DNA of 40,431 bases from Candidatus Saccharimonas sp. GTDB taxonomy: Bacteria; Patescibacteriota; Saccharimonadia; Saccharimonadales; Saccharimonadaceae. This document shows, one piece after another, positions 18,385 to 27,879 of the stretch. The stretch covers positions 1-40,431 of the forward strand of contig JBATSI010000044.1 in assembly GCA_049293215.1 (NCBI GenBank), in the 5' to 3' direction. A model generated the notes under the pieces. That model ran no database searches and was not told where the DNA came from. It was given only the letters and a program-made list of their open reading frames with translations. The translations under genes and the position numbers were made by a program. The first letter of the stretch is position 1. Each line of letters starts with the position of its first letter.

Positions 18385-18409
18385 TACGTAAAATCAAGGG
18401 CGTCTCAAC
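18385..18409 (+). repeat. Degenerate internal copy of the IS1595 right IR, supplying the ABC-F -35 element
   Basis: tacgtaaaatcaagggcgtctcaac matches 20399-20423 at 17/25. Minus strand gives TTGATT-17-TAAAAT-6-ATG(18362). Confidence 0.5.
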
Positions 18410-18415
18410 AGCAAC

Positions 18416-19231
18416 CTATAGCATTATGCATTCTGACTCATCATCCTTGTCGTTTACCGTCTGCCATAGCTTCGTTGTGTTTGTTGCCGTATCAAGTTGC
18501 TCCTGCGTCGTTGTTGCAAACATTATATCGTCAGTAATATCCTTTTCATCGAGCGCTCTTTCGATTTGCCTTGTGAATTTCTTTTGTATTTTGCTGTCCT
18601 GGCATACGGCAAGAACAGCCGGCAGAGTGTACTCATCACTTGGCCAATCTCCCTCCTCGGCATAGGTTATGTAGTTGCGAGCCTTGCGTACACTGATAAA
18701 GAACGGCTGTGTTTCGTCCCAGAGGTCAAGGAAATAGCGGCGAGGTAGTTCATGCTTTGTGCGAGGCTTGAGGCTGAGGAACAGGTTGGGTGTCCATGCA
18801 GGAAAATAGTCGTAGGCGGCCATATCGCTTTTGGTGAACAGTTTGAGCTTGTCGCCATATATGGCTTGTAATCGTAGCGCGAGGTCGGCAAGGTTGAGGC
18901 AATGCTGCACGAAATCTTGCGACAGTGTTTTGTTTTTGTAGAGACTTTTTAGCGCCCACTCGTTGACGCTATCGGCTGGTAACTGCCGTGCGCCTTTGGG
19001 TGTCAAAAAGTATTCTGCGGCGCGTCCTGCGAGCCTGTATGACGGTTCGTATCGCTTGCTAATATAGCCTTGTTCTTCAAGTATTTGCAGCTTGCTTTGT
19101 ATGGCTTTATGGGTCGGTTTATCTAGATGTTTTGCGAGTTGTTTACTGGTACTGAAACGATAGGTATAGAGCCACCGTAATACGGTTATTTGTTCTGGGT
19201 TTAATGGTCTTCGATACTTGGCTATTGTCAT
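18416..19231 (-). CDS. Replication-relaxation family-like protein (wHTH plus nuclease-like domain)
   Basis: LYTYRFSTSKQLA, L...GYI...Y...R-A-YFLT-KG, FVQHCL, P-x-L...YFLD pattern. Confidence 0.7.
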   Translation of the reverse strand: MTIAKYRRPLNPEQITVLRWLYTYRFSTSKQLAKHLDKPTHKAIQSKLQILEEQGYISKRYEPSYRLAGRAAEYFLTPKGARQLPADSVNEWALKSLYKNKTLSQDFVQHCLNLADLALRLQAIYGDKLKLFTKSDMAAYDYFPAWTPNLFLSLKPRTKHELPRRYFLDLWDETQPFFISVRKARNYITYAEEGDWPSDEYTLPAVLAVCQDSKIQKKFTRQIERALDEKDITDDIMFATTTQEQLDTATNTTKLWQTVNDKDDESECIML

Positions 19232-19394
19232 ACTTATTGGTCAATCACTTTCTTCTTTATATTTATATATAAAAGGAGAGAAAAAGAAAAGAGAAAAAAC
19301 AGAGAGAAGAGAGTTTTATAGGTTGGGTATCGGTGGTTAATCTATCTACTCTATAGACGAAAACGACTTTTAACAAATGAGGTATACTAGGCCT

Positions 19395-19613
19395 ATGAGT
19401 GACAAAAAGCCTTTAACCGACGAAGAACGACAAGCCTTTATAGATGGCTTGCCCGACGATCAAGTAAATGAGAACGCTGAGCAGGTCTTTAATGACGCTA
19501 TCGCACGCGCCGCGAAGCCTGTGCAATCAGCACCGGAAAAATCGACGGAAGCTGACGATGATTGTAACGATACACAAACTCATTCAAATAAAGCTGAAGA
19601 TGTTTCGCACTAA
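19395..19613 (+). CDS. Small acidic protein overlapping the transposase 3' end in antisense
   Basis: TATACT (19383-19388) is 6 nt before ATG 19395; 72 aa, MSDKKPLTDEERQAF... Confidence 0.55.
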   Translation: MSDKKPLTDEERQAFIDGLPDDQVNENAEQVFNDAIARAAKPVQSAPEKSTEADDDCNDTQTHSNKAEDVSH

Positions 19614-20376
19614 TACAGTGATACGTGCCGTCTACTGATCGCTTAAGCTGCGACCAGAAGCCCTCAATCGTATTTGTGTGGACAATGCCGCGTCCGTATT
19701 CGCCTACGCTGTGATTGACGCTATCGTGGTAGTAGCCTATGCGGTGGAGCGTTTTGTACACGCCTGCTTGGTCGCTATAGATTGTCGTGCCAGGCTCGAT
19801 AGTATCGCGCAAACGAGACAGCAGCACACGAGCGCCAGCGCTTTTGACGTGTTCGGCTTTTACGCTGCCACCACGCTCGACCATACCAAAGACTACTTCC
19901 TTATTAGCAAAGCCAGAGCCGCTGCCTTTATTGCGGCCGCCAATGTATGTTTCGTCGGTTTCGACAACGCCAGATAGCGGCCTGTCGCCTTGTACCATGA
20001 GTGCGCGGACTTGCTTGGCCATGCGCCATGCGGTCTTATATGTAACGCCTGTGTGTCGTTCGACTTCTTTAGCCGATACGCCGTTTTTGGAAACAGAGAA
20101 CAAGTAAATGACATAGAACCAGTCGTGCAGGGAGGTAGACGACTTGTGGAAGATAGTGTTAGCGAGGGGGCTTATCTGGTGGCCGCAATCTTTGCAGCTA
20201 TACACCTTTTTACTACGAATACGGTAGTATTTAGGCTCGATAACGCCGCAGTGGTGGCAGGCCTCCATATTGCCGTAGGCTTGCTCAAACATATAGTCCA
20301 GACAGGCGTCATCATCTGGGAATAGTTCGTTAAATTGTTTGACCGTAAACTCGTTCATATTCATGTTTCCCTCCAT
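19498..20376 (-). CDS. IS1595-family transposase
   Basis: Zn ribbon CHHC...CKDC, VETDETYIG, IYSD, VNHS, HTNTIEGFWS, YLNEFVYRYN. Promoter TTGACA-17-TACAAT has its -35 inside the IR. Confidence 0.95.
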   Translation of the reverse strand: MEGNMNMNEFTVKQFNELFPDDDACLDYMFEQAYGNMEACHHCGVIEPKYYRIRSKKVYSCKDCGHQISPLANTIFHKSSTSLHDWFYVIYLFSVSKNGVSAKEVERHTGVTYKTAWRMAKQVRALMVQGDRPLSGVVETDETYIGGRNKGSGSGFANKEVVFGMVERGGSVKAEHVKSAGARVLLSRLRDTIEPGTTIYSDQAGVYKTLHRIGYYHDSVNHSVGEYGRGIVHTNTIEGFWSQLKRSVDGTYHCISAKHLQLYLNEFVYRYNHRQLPSIFPVLIAQASRRVR

Positions 20377-20423
20377 ACTTCTATTGTATTACAGAGGTTA
20401 CGTGATGTCAAGGGATACTCGGC

Positions 20424-20431
20424 TCACGCAT
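20424..20431 (+). repeat. Right 8-bp target site duplication TCACGCAT
   Basis: Identical to 9016-9023. Confidence 0.9.
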
Positions 20432-20490
20432 TTGCTGCTTCAGCCGGCGCTCAAGAGCAATAGAGTCAAAACATATCACCCACTATCATT

Positions 20491-20522
20491 AAACGCCTTC
20501 TGGAAATCCCCAGAAGGCGTTT
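20491..20522 (-). terminator. Intrinsic terminator of the csbD-like gene
   Basis: 13-bp perfect stem aaacgccttctgg/ccagaaggcgttt. Confidence 0.8.
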
Positions 20523-20550
20523 GTCACCCTTTTAGGCGCTATAGTATCCT

Positions 20551-20757
20551 TTATTTTTTGTCGTCTGTCTTGTCCTTGATCTTATCAAGGACTTCGTTGA
20601 CTTTTTCTCCTACAGCATCTTTTACTTCTTCGGCTTTATCTTTGAGGTTTCCAACGATCTGTTCAACGTTGCCTTTTGCCTCAAGCTCTTCATCGCCTGT
20701 TACCTTGCCAGCCACCTCTTTTGCTGTGCCTGAAATTTTGTCACCTAGTCCACTCAT
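20551..20757 (-). CDS. CsbD-family stress protein
   Basis: DKISGTAKEVAGKVTGDEELEAKGNVEQ; SD AAAGGAG. Confidence 0.9.
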   Translation of the reverse strand: MSGLGDKISGTAKEVAGKVTGDEELEAKGNVEQIVGNLKDKAEEVKDAVGEKVNEVLDKIKDKTDDKK

Positions 20758-20877
20758 GGAATGCTCCTTTCGTTACTGGTTATGTATTTCTATTATATCA
20801 TTTGTGCTCAAGAAGGCGAGATACGCCGCAAAACCACCCAACATGTGTTATAGTAGTCTAAGTAGAAAAGGAGAATC

Positions 20878-20970
20878 ATGGCAAAACATCGAAATTGGCA
20901 TAGCGCCGATATCAAGAGAGCGCGCCGAAAAAAGCTACGAGCAGAAAAGCGTAAATCTCAAAGGATATAA
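20878..20970 (+). CDS. 30-aa basic peptide (unannotated)
   Basis: MAKHRNWHSADIKRARRKKLRAEKRKSQRI*. TG-n-TATAGT promoter, SD AAAGGAG, terminator immediately after the stop. Confidence 0.7.
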   Translation: MAKHRNWHSADIKRARRKKLRAEKRKSQRI

Positions 20971-20972
20971 TC

Positions 20973-21000
20973 AAATAGCTTCCACGACGGAAGCTATTTT
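20973..21000 (+). terminator. Intrinsic terminator
   Basis: aaatagcttcc-acgac-ggaagctatttt. Confidence 0.8.
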
Positions 21001-21081
21001 ATATACGAATCTTCAAACGTTACCACACATTCATGGACGCTATCAAGAATGTAGACATCAGGATCACCCCTATCCTGTCCG

Positions 21082-21315
21082 TCACAGATAATCTGCTCGG
21101 CTTTTTCGATAAGTTTTTTGGGGTGTTGAAGGATCAGCTCGCAAGCCATTGATAATAGCAATATACATCAATCGCTCCTCGCTATCGCGTTGCCAATCGT
21201 CAATTGCGACAACCAACGCAAGCGCTTCTTGTCCAACAGCTATCGATGTTTTGTGCCGCTCTTCGCTTGAACGCCTAAACCGCTCCGTCGCATCTATCAC
21301 CTGTCCATCTTTCAT
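21082..21315 (-). CDS. Small hypothetical protein
   Basis: MKDGQVIDATERF...; TACGAT 7 nt upstream. Confidence 0.5.
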   Translation of the reverse strand: MKDGQVIDATERFRRSSEERHKTSIAVGQEALALVVAIDDWQRDSEERLMYIAIINGLRADPSTPQKTYRKSRADYL

Positions 21316-21363
21316 GTAGTATATCGTATCACGCCCACAAGTGGCGCCCAAACATGAGCGAAA

Positions 21364-21972
21364 TTATGCGGCTTCGGGACCTGGAATGGAGACCAAACAG
21401 ATTGTTTTTCCTTGTATGTTATCATTCGCGGTATATCCCGTTGTTGAAAAAGTATTCGCGCCCCACCCTGCAGCAACATTTGAAAGTCCGCAAGATTGAG
21501 AATTGCCATTGAGAAAATATATTATAAGAGCGGGAAGAGAGACACCGTTGTATTCCCGCGATGCACCATATGTATATGTAATACCGTATCTCGTACTGCC
21601 AAAAACTGGTACGCTACGAGGCAATGATCCAACAGTTTTCATATTATTATCGAACATATCATTTTTTCCGACTATATCATCAATGGCACACCCCGAATCA
21701 ATTGTGATACAGCTAGACCCCCCTAGGCGCGGGTAGGTGCCTGTTGTTGCTATATACGCCTGCACCATCTTCAGCGATTGACTTGCTGCATTAATAATCG
21801 CCGTATTGTTTGCGCGTTGTTGTATACCGTTGTAGCTCACAATAGAGATTGCAGCCAATATGGCAACGACGACGATCACGATGAGGAGCTCTACGATCGT
21901 AAAGCCACGTTTGCTTGTATGATGTGTTTGTGTGATAGGTAAAGGATGATGATAATGATAAGTATTGCTCAT
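21364..21972 (-). CDS. Type IV pilin-like protein
   Basis: G|FTIVELLIVIVVVAILAAISIVSYNGIQ; leader nearly identical to that of the pilin starting at 298. Confidence 0.92.
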   Translation of the reverse strand: MSNTYHYHHPLPITQTHHTSKRGFTIVELLIVIVVVAILAAISIVSYNGIQQRANNTAIINAASQSLKMVQAYIATTGTYPRLGGSSCITIDSGCAIDDIVGKNDMFDNNMKTVGSLPRSVPVFGSTRYGITYTYGASREYNGVSLPALIIYFLNGNSQSCGLSNVAAGWGANTFSTTGYTANDNIQGKTICLVSIPGPEAA

Positions 21973-21978
21973 GCTTAC

Positions 21979-22005
21979 ATTTAATCACCCCCCCAGGGAT
22001 GTCAA
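21979..22005 (-). promoter_or_regulatory. Pilin promoter TTGACA-15 bp (G7 tract)-TTAAAT
   Basis: Minus strand reads TTGACA tccctgggggggtga TTAAAT gtaagc ATG. Confidence 0.6.
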
Positions 22006-22055
22006 GGATTTTGAGAAAAGTAGCGAATCGCGCTACTACCTGCTACCATATAGCT

Positions 22056-22652
22056 ATGAAGAAAACACAAAAAACGACACCATACGCACTTCGTTTCACG
22101 CATGCATTCGCTTCGTTAGGATACCTCTTTGTTCTGCTTCTCTGGGCATGGGTGTTTCTTATGTTTTCTTATCAATTCATGACCGATGACAATTCTCCTA
22201 TCTTGCCCGCTCACTCATCAACCGCGCAAACTGTTCAACCAATTGGATTCTCGCTACCAGAGCCGCTCGTCGTTATGCTAAGTATTGCGATTACTGTCGC
22301 TGTGATTATTCTTAGTATTTACCTTATCATTACGCTTCCTCGAAATGTCGCAAAGAGTGGCTCGAAAATTGTACAAAAAACAGCTACTGCGACGATACCA
22401 ATCATCACAAAACATCAAAAAATAAGCGAGAAAAAGCGTCTTGTCCTTGGCGTGCGTCTTGTGGCAGGCCTTAAAGCACTCGCCTGCATTCTCCCTGTCC
22501 TGCTCATGACAATACTGCCCATTCAAGCGCCACTCGATACGTTTGTCGCACAAATTATCGCACTATTTTGTAGTATTGTTGCCGCAATAAGCTTCCTCGT
22601 CCAATACATACTTGCGCGTCTCTGCAACGTATCGCTCAAGCTTCTATGGTAA
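22056..22652 (+). CDS. Hypothetical membrane protein (about 4 TM)
   Basis: Four hydrophobic stretches; likely start MKKTQK at 22056. Confidence 0.7.
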   Translation: MKKTQKTTPYALRFTHAFASLGYLFVLLLWAWVFLMFSYQFMTDDNSPILPAHSSTAQTVQPIGFSLPEPLVVMLSIAITVAVIILSIYLIITLPRNVAKSGSKIVQKTATATIPIITKHQKISEKKRLVLGVRLVAGLKALACILPVLLMTILPIQAPLDTFVAQIIALFCSIVAAISFLVQYILARLCNVSLKLLW

Positions 22653-22653
22653 T

Positions 22654-23310
22654 CTACGCTTTTGGCTGAACGATGTCCGCTTTGTGAATAAGCTTTTGAA
22701 CAGGTAGTTCAGATTCAGGGCTAAAGCGATACTCAAGAAGTTGTCCAAAAGGCATTTCTACGGTTCCGATATTATCATCAGAAACGCCGTCGAGATATTT
22801 CATAAGGGCACGAATCGTATTGCCATGCGAGACGACGAGCACGCATTCACCAGACTGAAGTCGCGGAAGAATCTCCTTCTTAAAGTACGGAATAACGCGA
22901 GCATATACATCCTTAAGCGTCTCTCCTCTTGGCACTGGATAATCCCAGCCACGACGGATACCATTAAAGGCCTCTTCGCCGATTTCGTCTTTGACTTCCC
23001 ATTTGTTTTTTCCTGTTAAATCACCATAATCACGCTCGTTTAGCGCTGGAGCGTGAATCACCGATGAGTCATGTGAACGAATCGGTTTTCCTGCCCCCTC
23101 CATGAGCGCATCAAGTGTCTCATGCGTACGCTTTAACGCAGACGTGTATACTGCATCGATTGTTTTATCCTGCAAGAAGCGCCCAAGCTGCTTTGTATCC
23201 TCTTTTCCCTTGTCGGTCAGACCAACATCCGTCCAGCCCGTCCATTTTCCCAATAAATTCCATTCGCTTTCGCCGTGTCGGCTAATAATAAGTATTCCCT
23301 GTTTTGTCAT
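22654..23310 (-). CDS. gpmA: 2,3-BPG-dependent phosphoglycerate mutase
   Basis: RHGESEWN...WTGWTD, LNERDYGDLTG, SHGNTIRAL. Confidence 0.93.
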   Translation of the reverse strand: MTKQGILIISRHGESEWNLLGKWTGWTDVGLTDKGKEDTKQLGRFLQDKTIDAVYTSALKRTHETLDALMEGAGKPIRSHDSSVIHAPALNERDYGDLTGKNKWEVKDEIGEEAFNGIRRGWDYPVPRGETLKDVYARVIPYFKKEILPRLQSGECVLVVSHGNTIRALMKYLDGVSDDNIGTVEMPFGQLLEYRFSPESELPVQKLIHKADIVQPKA

Positions 23311-23357
23311 AGTTTTATTATACTACGCCCACAAAAGACTCTGCAGTATCGCGCTAA

Positions 23358-24656
<1,299 letters not shown>

Positions 24657-24679
24657 TGTGTAGCCTACACAAATGCTAT

Positions 24680-24703
24680 AATAGTCCCCAGTAGGGGACT
24701 ATT
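24680..24703 (+). terminator. Hairpin after eno, overlapping the -10 of the next gene
   Basis: aatagtcccc-agta-ggggactatt. Confidence 0.6.
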
Positions 24704-24709
24704 TATTAT

Positions 24710-25312
24710 ATGCTTCATATTGAGAAAAAAGGACACAATCCGCGTCGCGCTGCAATAGGCGTTGGCGCCTTCGCTTTACTTATCGTGGGTAGCTATACCC
24801 TCGTAAATGTATTGTCTCCAACACTTGCGCCAATCCTTGCGCCAACAACAGTTGACGTCCACGCGCTCGCTCAACCATCGCGCAGCAAGAATCAGGTAGT
24901 CATTCCGAAACTGGGATTGCAAATCAGTTACGCATCCGGCGATGAATCTGTACTTGATCGTGGCGCTTGGTGGCGATATCCAGAGAGAGGCAGCCCTGCA
25001 AATGGTGGTAATTTTATCATTGCAGCACATCGCTTTTCTATTCAGCCAACACCTGGTGGCACCATTGAAAAATCACCTTTTTATCATATCGATAAACTAG
25101 TTATTGGCGACCAAATTGTCACCGACTACAACGGTAAACGCTACGTATACGAAGTTGAAAAAATATTTGACGTCAAGCCGAGCCAAACTGAAATCGAGGC
25201 ACCAAGTAGTGAGGCAAAACTCACACTTTATAGCTGTGAGCTTGGCGGAAGTGATGCTGGAAGAGTTGTCGTTGTCGCCAAAAAACTTGGCGAAGCAACG
25301 ACAACAGATTAA
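24710..25312 (+). CDS. Sortase-family protein
   Basis: N-terminal TM; catalytic H (IAAHR), TLYSC and R. Confidence 0.85.
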   Translation: MLHIEKKGHNPRRAAIGVGAFALLIVGSYTLVNVLSPTLAPILAPTTVDVHALAQPSRSKNQVVIPKLGLQISYASGDESVLDRGAWWRYPERGSPANGGNFIIAAHRFSIQPTPGGTIEKSPFYHIDKLVIGDQIVTDYNGKRYVYEVEKIFDVKPSQTEIEAPSSEAKLTLYSCELGGSDAGRVVVVAKKLGEATTTD

Positions 25313-25316
25313 CTAC

Positions 25317-26804
25317 TTATTTTGCAAATTCAATCGCACGAGTTTCACGGATAACGTTAACTTTAATCGTTCCAGGATATTGCATTGTACTCTCGATTTT
25401 TGTTGCTATATCTCGAGCAAGCTTGATAGCACTTAAATCATCAATGGATTCTGGTCGTACAATCACACGGACTTCGCGGCCGGCACTAATTGCGTACGCC
25501 TTGTCAATTCCCTTGAAGCTCGTCGCAACATTTTCGAGATCACGCATACGCTCAACAAAGTTCTCGGCACTAATATTGCGCGCTCCTGGCCGTGCAGCAC
25601 TCAGCGCGTCACACACGCGAACGATGATAGCTTCTGGTGTCGTTGCCTCGATATCATCATGGTGAGCTTCTATTGCGTGGCAGATCTCTTCGCTGAGGCC
25701 TGCTTTTCGTGCAAGCTCTGCACCAATATGGTGGTGCTTGCCTTCCATTTTGTGCGTTACGGCTTTGCCCATGTCGTGAAGAAGTGTCGCAATTTTTACC
25801 GTTCGAACATCCGCCCCAACTTCCTCTGCAATCAAACCGCCGACCTGCGCCATTTCTGTACTATGTTTTAATACGTTTTGACCATAACTGGTACGAAATT
25901 TCAACTCTCCTACAAGATGTAACAATTCTTTTGGAATACCGGCAACACCGATTTCACGAGCAGCATCTTCACCTGCACGAATCACTTCTTTGTCAATCTG
26001 CTTTTCTGCCTTGGCAACTACTTCTTCAATACGTCCCGGGTGAATACGTCCATCCTTCATGAGCATCTCAAGCGCCAATCGTGCCACTTGGCGACGAACG
26101 GGATCGAAGCTTGAAAGCACAATCATCCCTGGCGTATCGTCGACGAGAATATCAACGCCCGTCGCTCGCTGCAATGCCTGAATATTGCGTCCTTCTTTAC
26201 CGATAATGCGACCTTTCATTTCGTCGTCCGGCAGCTTAATCGCTGTTACCGTACGCTCCGCCGTCACTTCACCCGCCATACGCTCCATTGCACTTACCAA
26301 AACAAGTTGCGCCTTATCTTCGGCGTCATCCATTGCCTCACGCTGTAGCTTATCAACGAGTCCAACTAAGTCACCTCGAATATCTCGTTCGGTCATTTGC
26401 ATGAGCTTTTCAGCTGCTTCTTGTTTTTTCAGTCCAGCAATTTTTTCTAGTTTTTCCTGCTGTTTCGTGCGAACGTCGCGAATTTCATTCTTCAATTCAT
26501 CCACTTCAGTTTCACTTTTGCGCAACTTCTCACTTCGCTTATCGAGCTCATCTAGTTTGCGATCTAGATTTGTTTCGCGCTCCACCAAGCGATTTTCTGT
26601 CTTTTGAAGCTCTTTACGTCGCTCTGCCTCAATTCTTAGCGCTTCGTCTTTTGCCTTGAGAATAATATCGCTAGCTTTTCGCTCTGCTTGCGCGACTTCT
26701 CTTTCGATAGTGTGCTTTCCACTCACAACCTTTTGGCGATCATAGGCGTATTTTCCACCAATACCAATAGCGATACCGACTATCGCGACGATTCCTTCTA
26801 TCAT
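25317..26804 (-). CDS. rny: Ribonuclease Y
   Basis: N-terminal TM, coiled coil, KH domain (GRIIGKEGRNI), HD domain (LLHDMGK). Confidence 0.97.
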   Translation of the reverse strand: MIEGIVAIVGIAIGIGGKYAYDRQKVVSGKHTIEREVAQAERKASDIILKAKDEALRIEAERRKELQKTENRLVERETNLDRKLDELDKRSEKLRKSETEVDELKNEIRDVRTKQQEKLEKIAGLKKQEAAEKLMQMTERDIRGDLVGLVDKLQREAMDDAEDKAQLVLVSAMERMAGEVTAERTVTAIKLPDDEMKGRIIGKEGRNIQALQRATGVDILVDDTPGMIVLSSFDPVRRQVARLALEMLMKDGRIHPGRIEEVVAKAEKQIDKEVIRAGEDAAREIGVAGIPKELLHLVGELKFRTSYGQNVLKHSTEMAQVGGLIAEEVGADVRTVKIATLLHDMGKAVTHKMEGKHHHIGAELARKAGLSEEICHAIEAHHDDIEATTPEAIIVRVCDALSAARPGARNISAENFVERMRDLENVATSFKGIDKAYAISAGREVRVIVRPESIDDLSAIKLARDIATKIESTMQYPGTIKVNVIRETRAIEFAK

Positions 26805-26971
26805 ATTGTTCCTTTCTTCCGATATGCGTTGTAATTATAACATCAATAAACAATTCATCAGACGCAACCGGTATTATCAACTCGTTAATTAATCAAAAGT
26901 CTAGAATAGACTCTTCTATTGTAGCGCGTTTTGTCTAAGAATCACAACTTTTGTGACAGACTTTGCACTTT

Positions 26972-27358
26972 CTATTTTCGAGGAAGCGTAATATGAGCTT
27001 CTGCGCCATATTCCGGCAGCACAATGTGGTCGTTCTCGCCTTTTTTTAGTCGATTCAGCGCCGTCTCTTGCCACGCGTCACCCGTTTCACCAACAATCGC
27101 GCACTGCTGTTCATGTGCAATCGTATTTAATACCGTCAATCCAATTCTTAGTCCCGTAAAACTTCCTGGGCCACGGAAAACGCCAATGCCCGTTATATCT
27201 GAAAATTGATGATCGTGTTCTGCTAGCACATCCCGTATGTACGCAAGCATATCACGCGCAAGAGTACGCTCTGCCTTCCATTCATAATCATAGCGATGAC
27301 TCCCATCAACAACACTGCATTGTACAGTGCCTGAAGCGCTGTTCCACAAAATAACCAT
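26972..27358 (-). CDS. tsaB: TsaB (t6A pathway), short form
   Basis: GPGSFTGLRIG motif; adjacent to tsaE. Confidence 0.88.
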   Translation of the reverse strand: MVILWNSASGTVQCSVVDGSHRYDYEWKAERTLARDMLAYIRDVLAEHDHQFSDITGIGVFRGPGSFTGLRIGLTVLNTIAHEQQCAIVGETGDAWQETALNRLKKGENDHIVLPEYGAEAHITLPRK

Positions 27359-27813
27359 TAGACCAACTCCCCCAGCAAACGCTGCGATATTTCACCGCCA
27401 GCCGTTATGTCCAACGTACGCGCTTCTTCACTTGGACTATGTATAGCTATCGTCACAACGTCACGTGGGAGTACATCTTCAACTATCTGCCCCCATTCAA
27501 TGACAGTAATCACCTGAGCGTCCGCTAGTGCTTCGCTAAGTTCTGCGCGCATGATACCCGCCTCAGAAAGACGATAAAAATCATAGTGAATAAGCTCAAG
27601 TCCGTCGCGAGCGTCGTAACGTCGCGAAATAGTGAATGTAGGGCTTTGTACTGTCTCGTGAATACCAAGTCCTTGCGCGACGCCTTTCGTGAACGTCGTC
27701 TTGCCAGCACCAATATCGCCCACAAGGACAAGAACCTCGCCGCCTTGCAACAATTCACCGACACGTTTTCCAAACGCCAGCATCTCGCTAAGCGATGCAA
27801 CCCTTTTTATCAT
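27358..27813 (-). CDS. tsaE: TsaE ATPase
   Basis: GDIGAGKTT, SPTF, HYDFYRL, IEW. Confidence 0.95.
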   Translation of the reverse strand: MIKRVASLSEMLAFGKRVGELLQGGEVLVLVGDIGAGKTTFTKGVAQGLGIHETVQSPTFTISRRYDARDGLELIHYDFYRLSEAGIMRAELSEALADAQVITVIEWGQIVEDVLPRDVVTIAIHSPSEEARTLDITAGGEISQRLLGELV

Positions 27814-27879
27814 ACTTTCAGTATAGCATAAAGGGACTAGCCAATACTTTCAAAATTAGATACAATAGACATAAGTATT

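Larger units (their letters stand above)
9024..20423 (-). mobile_element. 11.4 kb IS1595-family cargo transposon
   Basis: IR gccgagtataccctcatatcacgta (9024-9048) matches the reverse complement of 20399-20423 (gccgagtatcccttgacatcacgta) at 21/25. Perfect 8-bp TSD; IS1595 transposase next to the right IR. Confidence 0.9.

Noticed and set aside
6807..20423. Composite transposon bounded by IS30 and IS1595
   Set aside because: The two ISs are different families, and the IS1595 element has its own IRs and TSD that exclude the IS30.
20339..21091. 250-aa plus-strand ORF
   Set aside because: Shadow ORF crossing the IS end, the antisense of the csbD-like gene and two terminators.
21718..21723. C6 run within the pilin coding sequence as a phase-variation site
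   Set aside because: Short, in frame (Leu-Gly-Gly), and a similar run occurs in the IS30 transposase.
26972..27358. Short TsaB as a pseudogene
   Set aside because: Clean start and stop, intact motif and coupling to tsaE. A reduced form is plausible in a streamlined genome.
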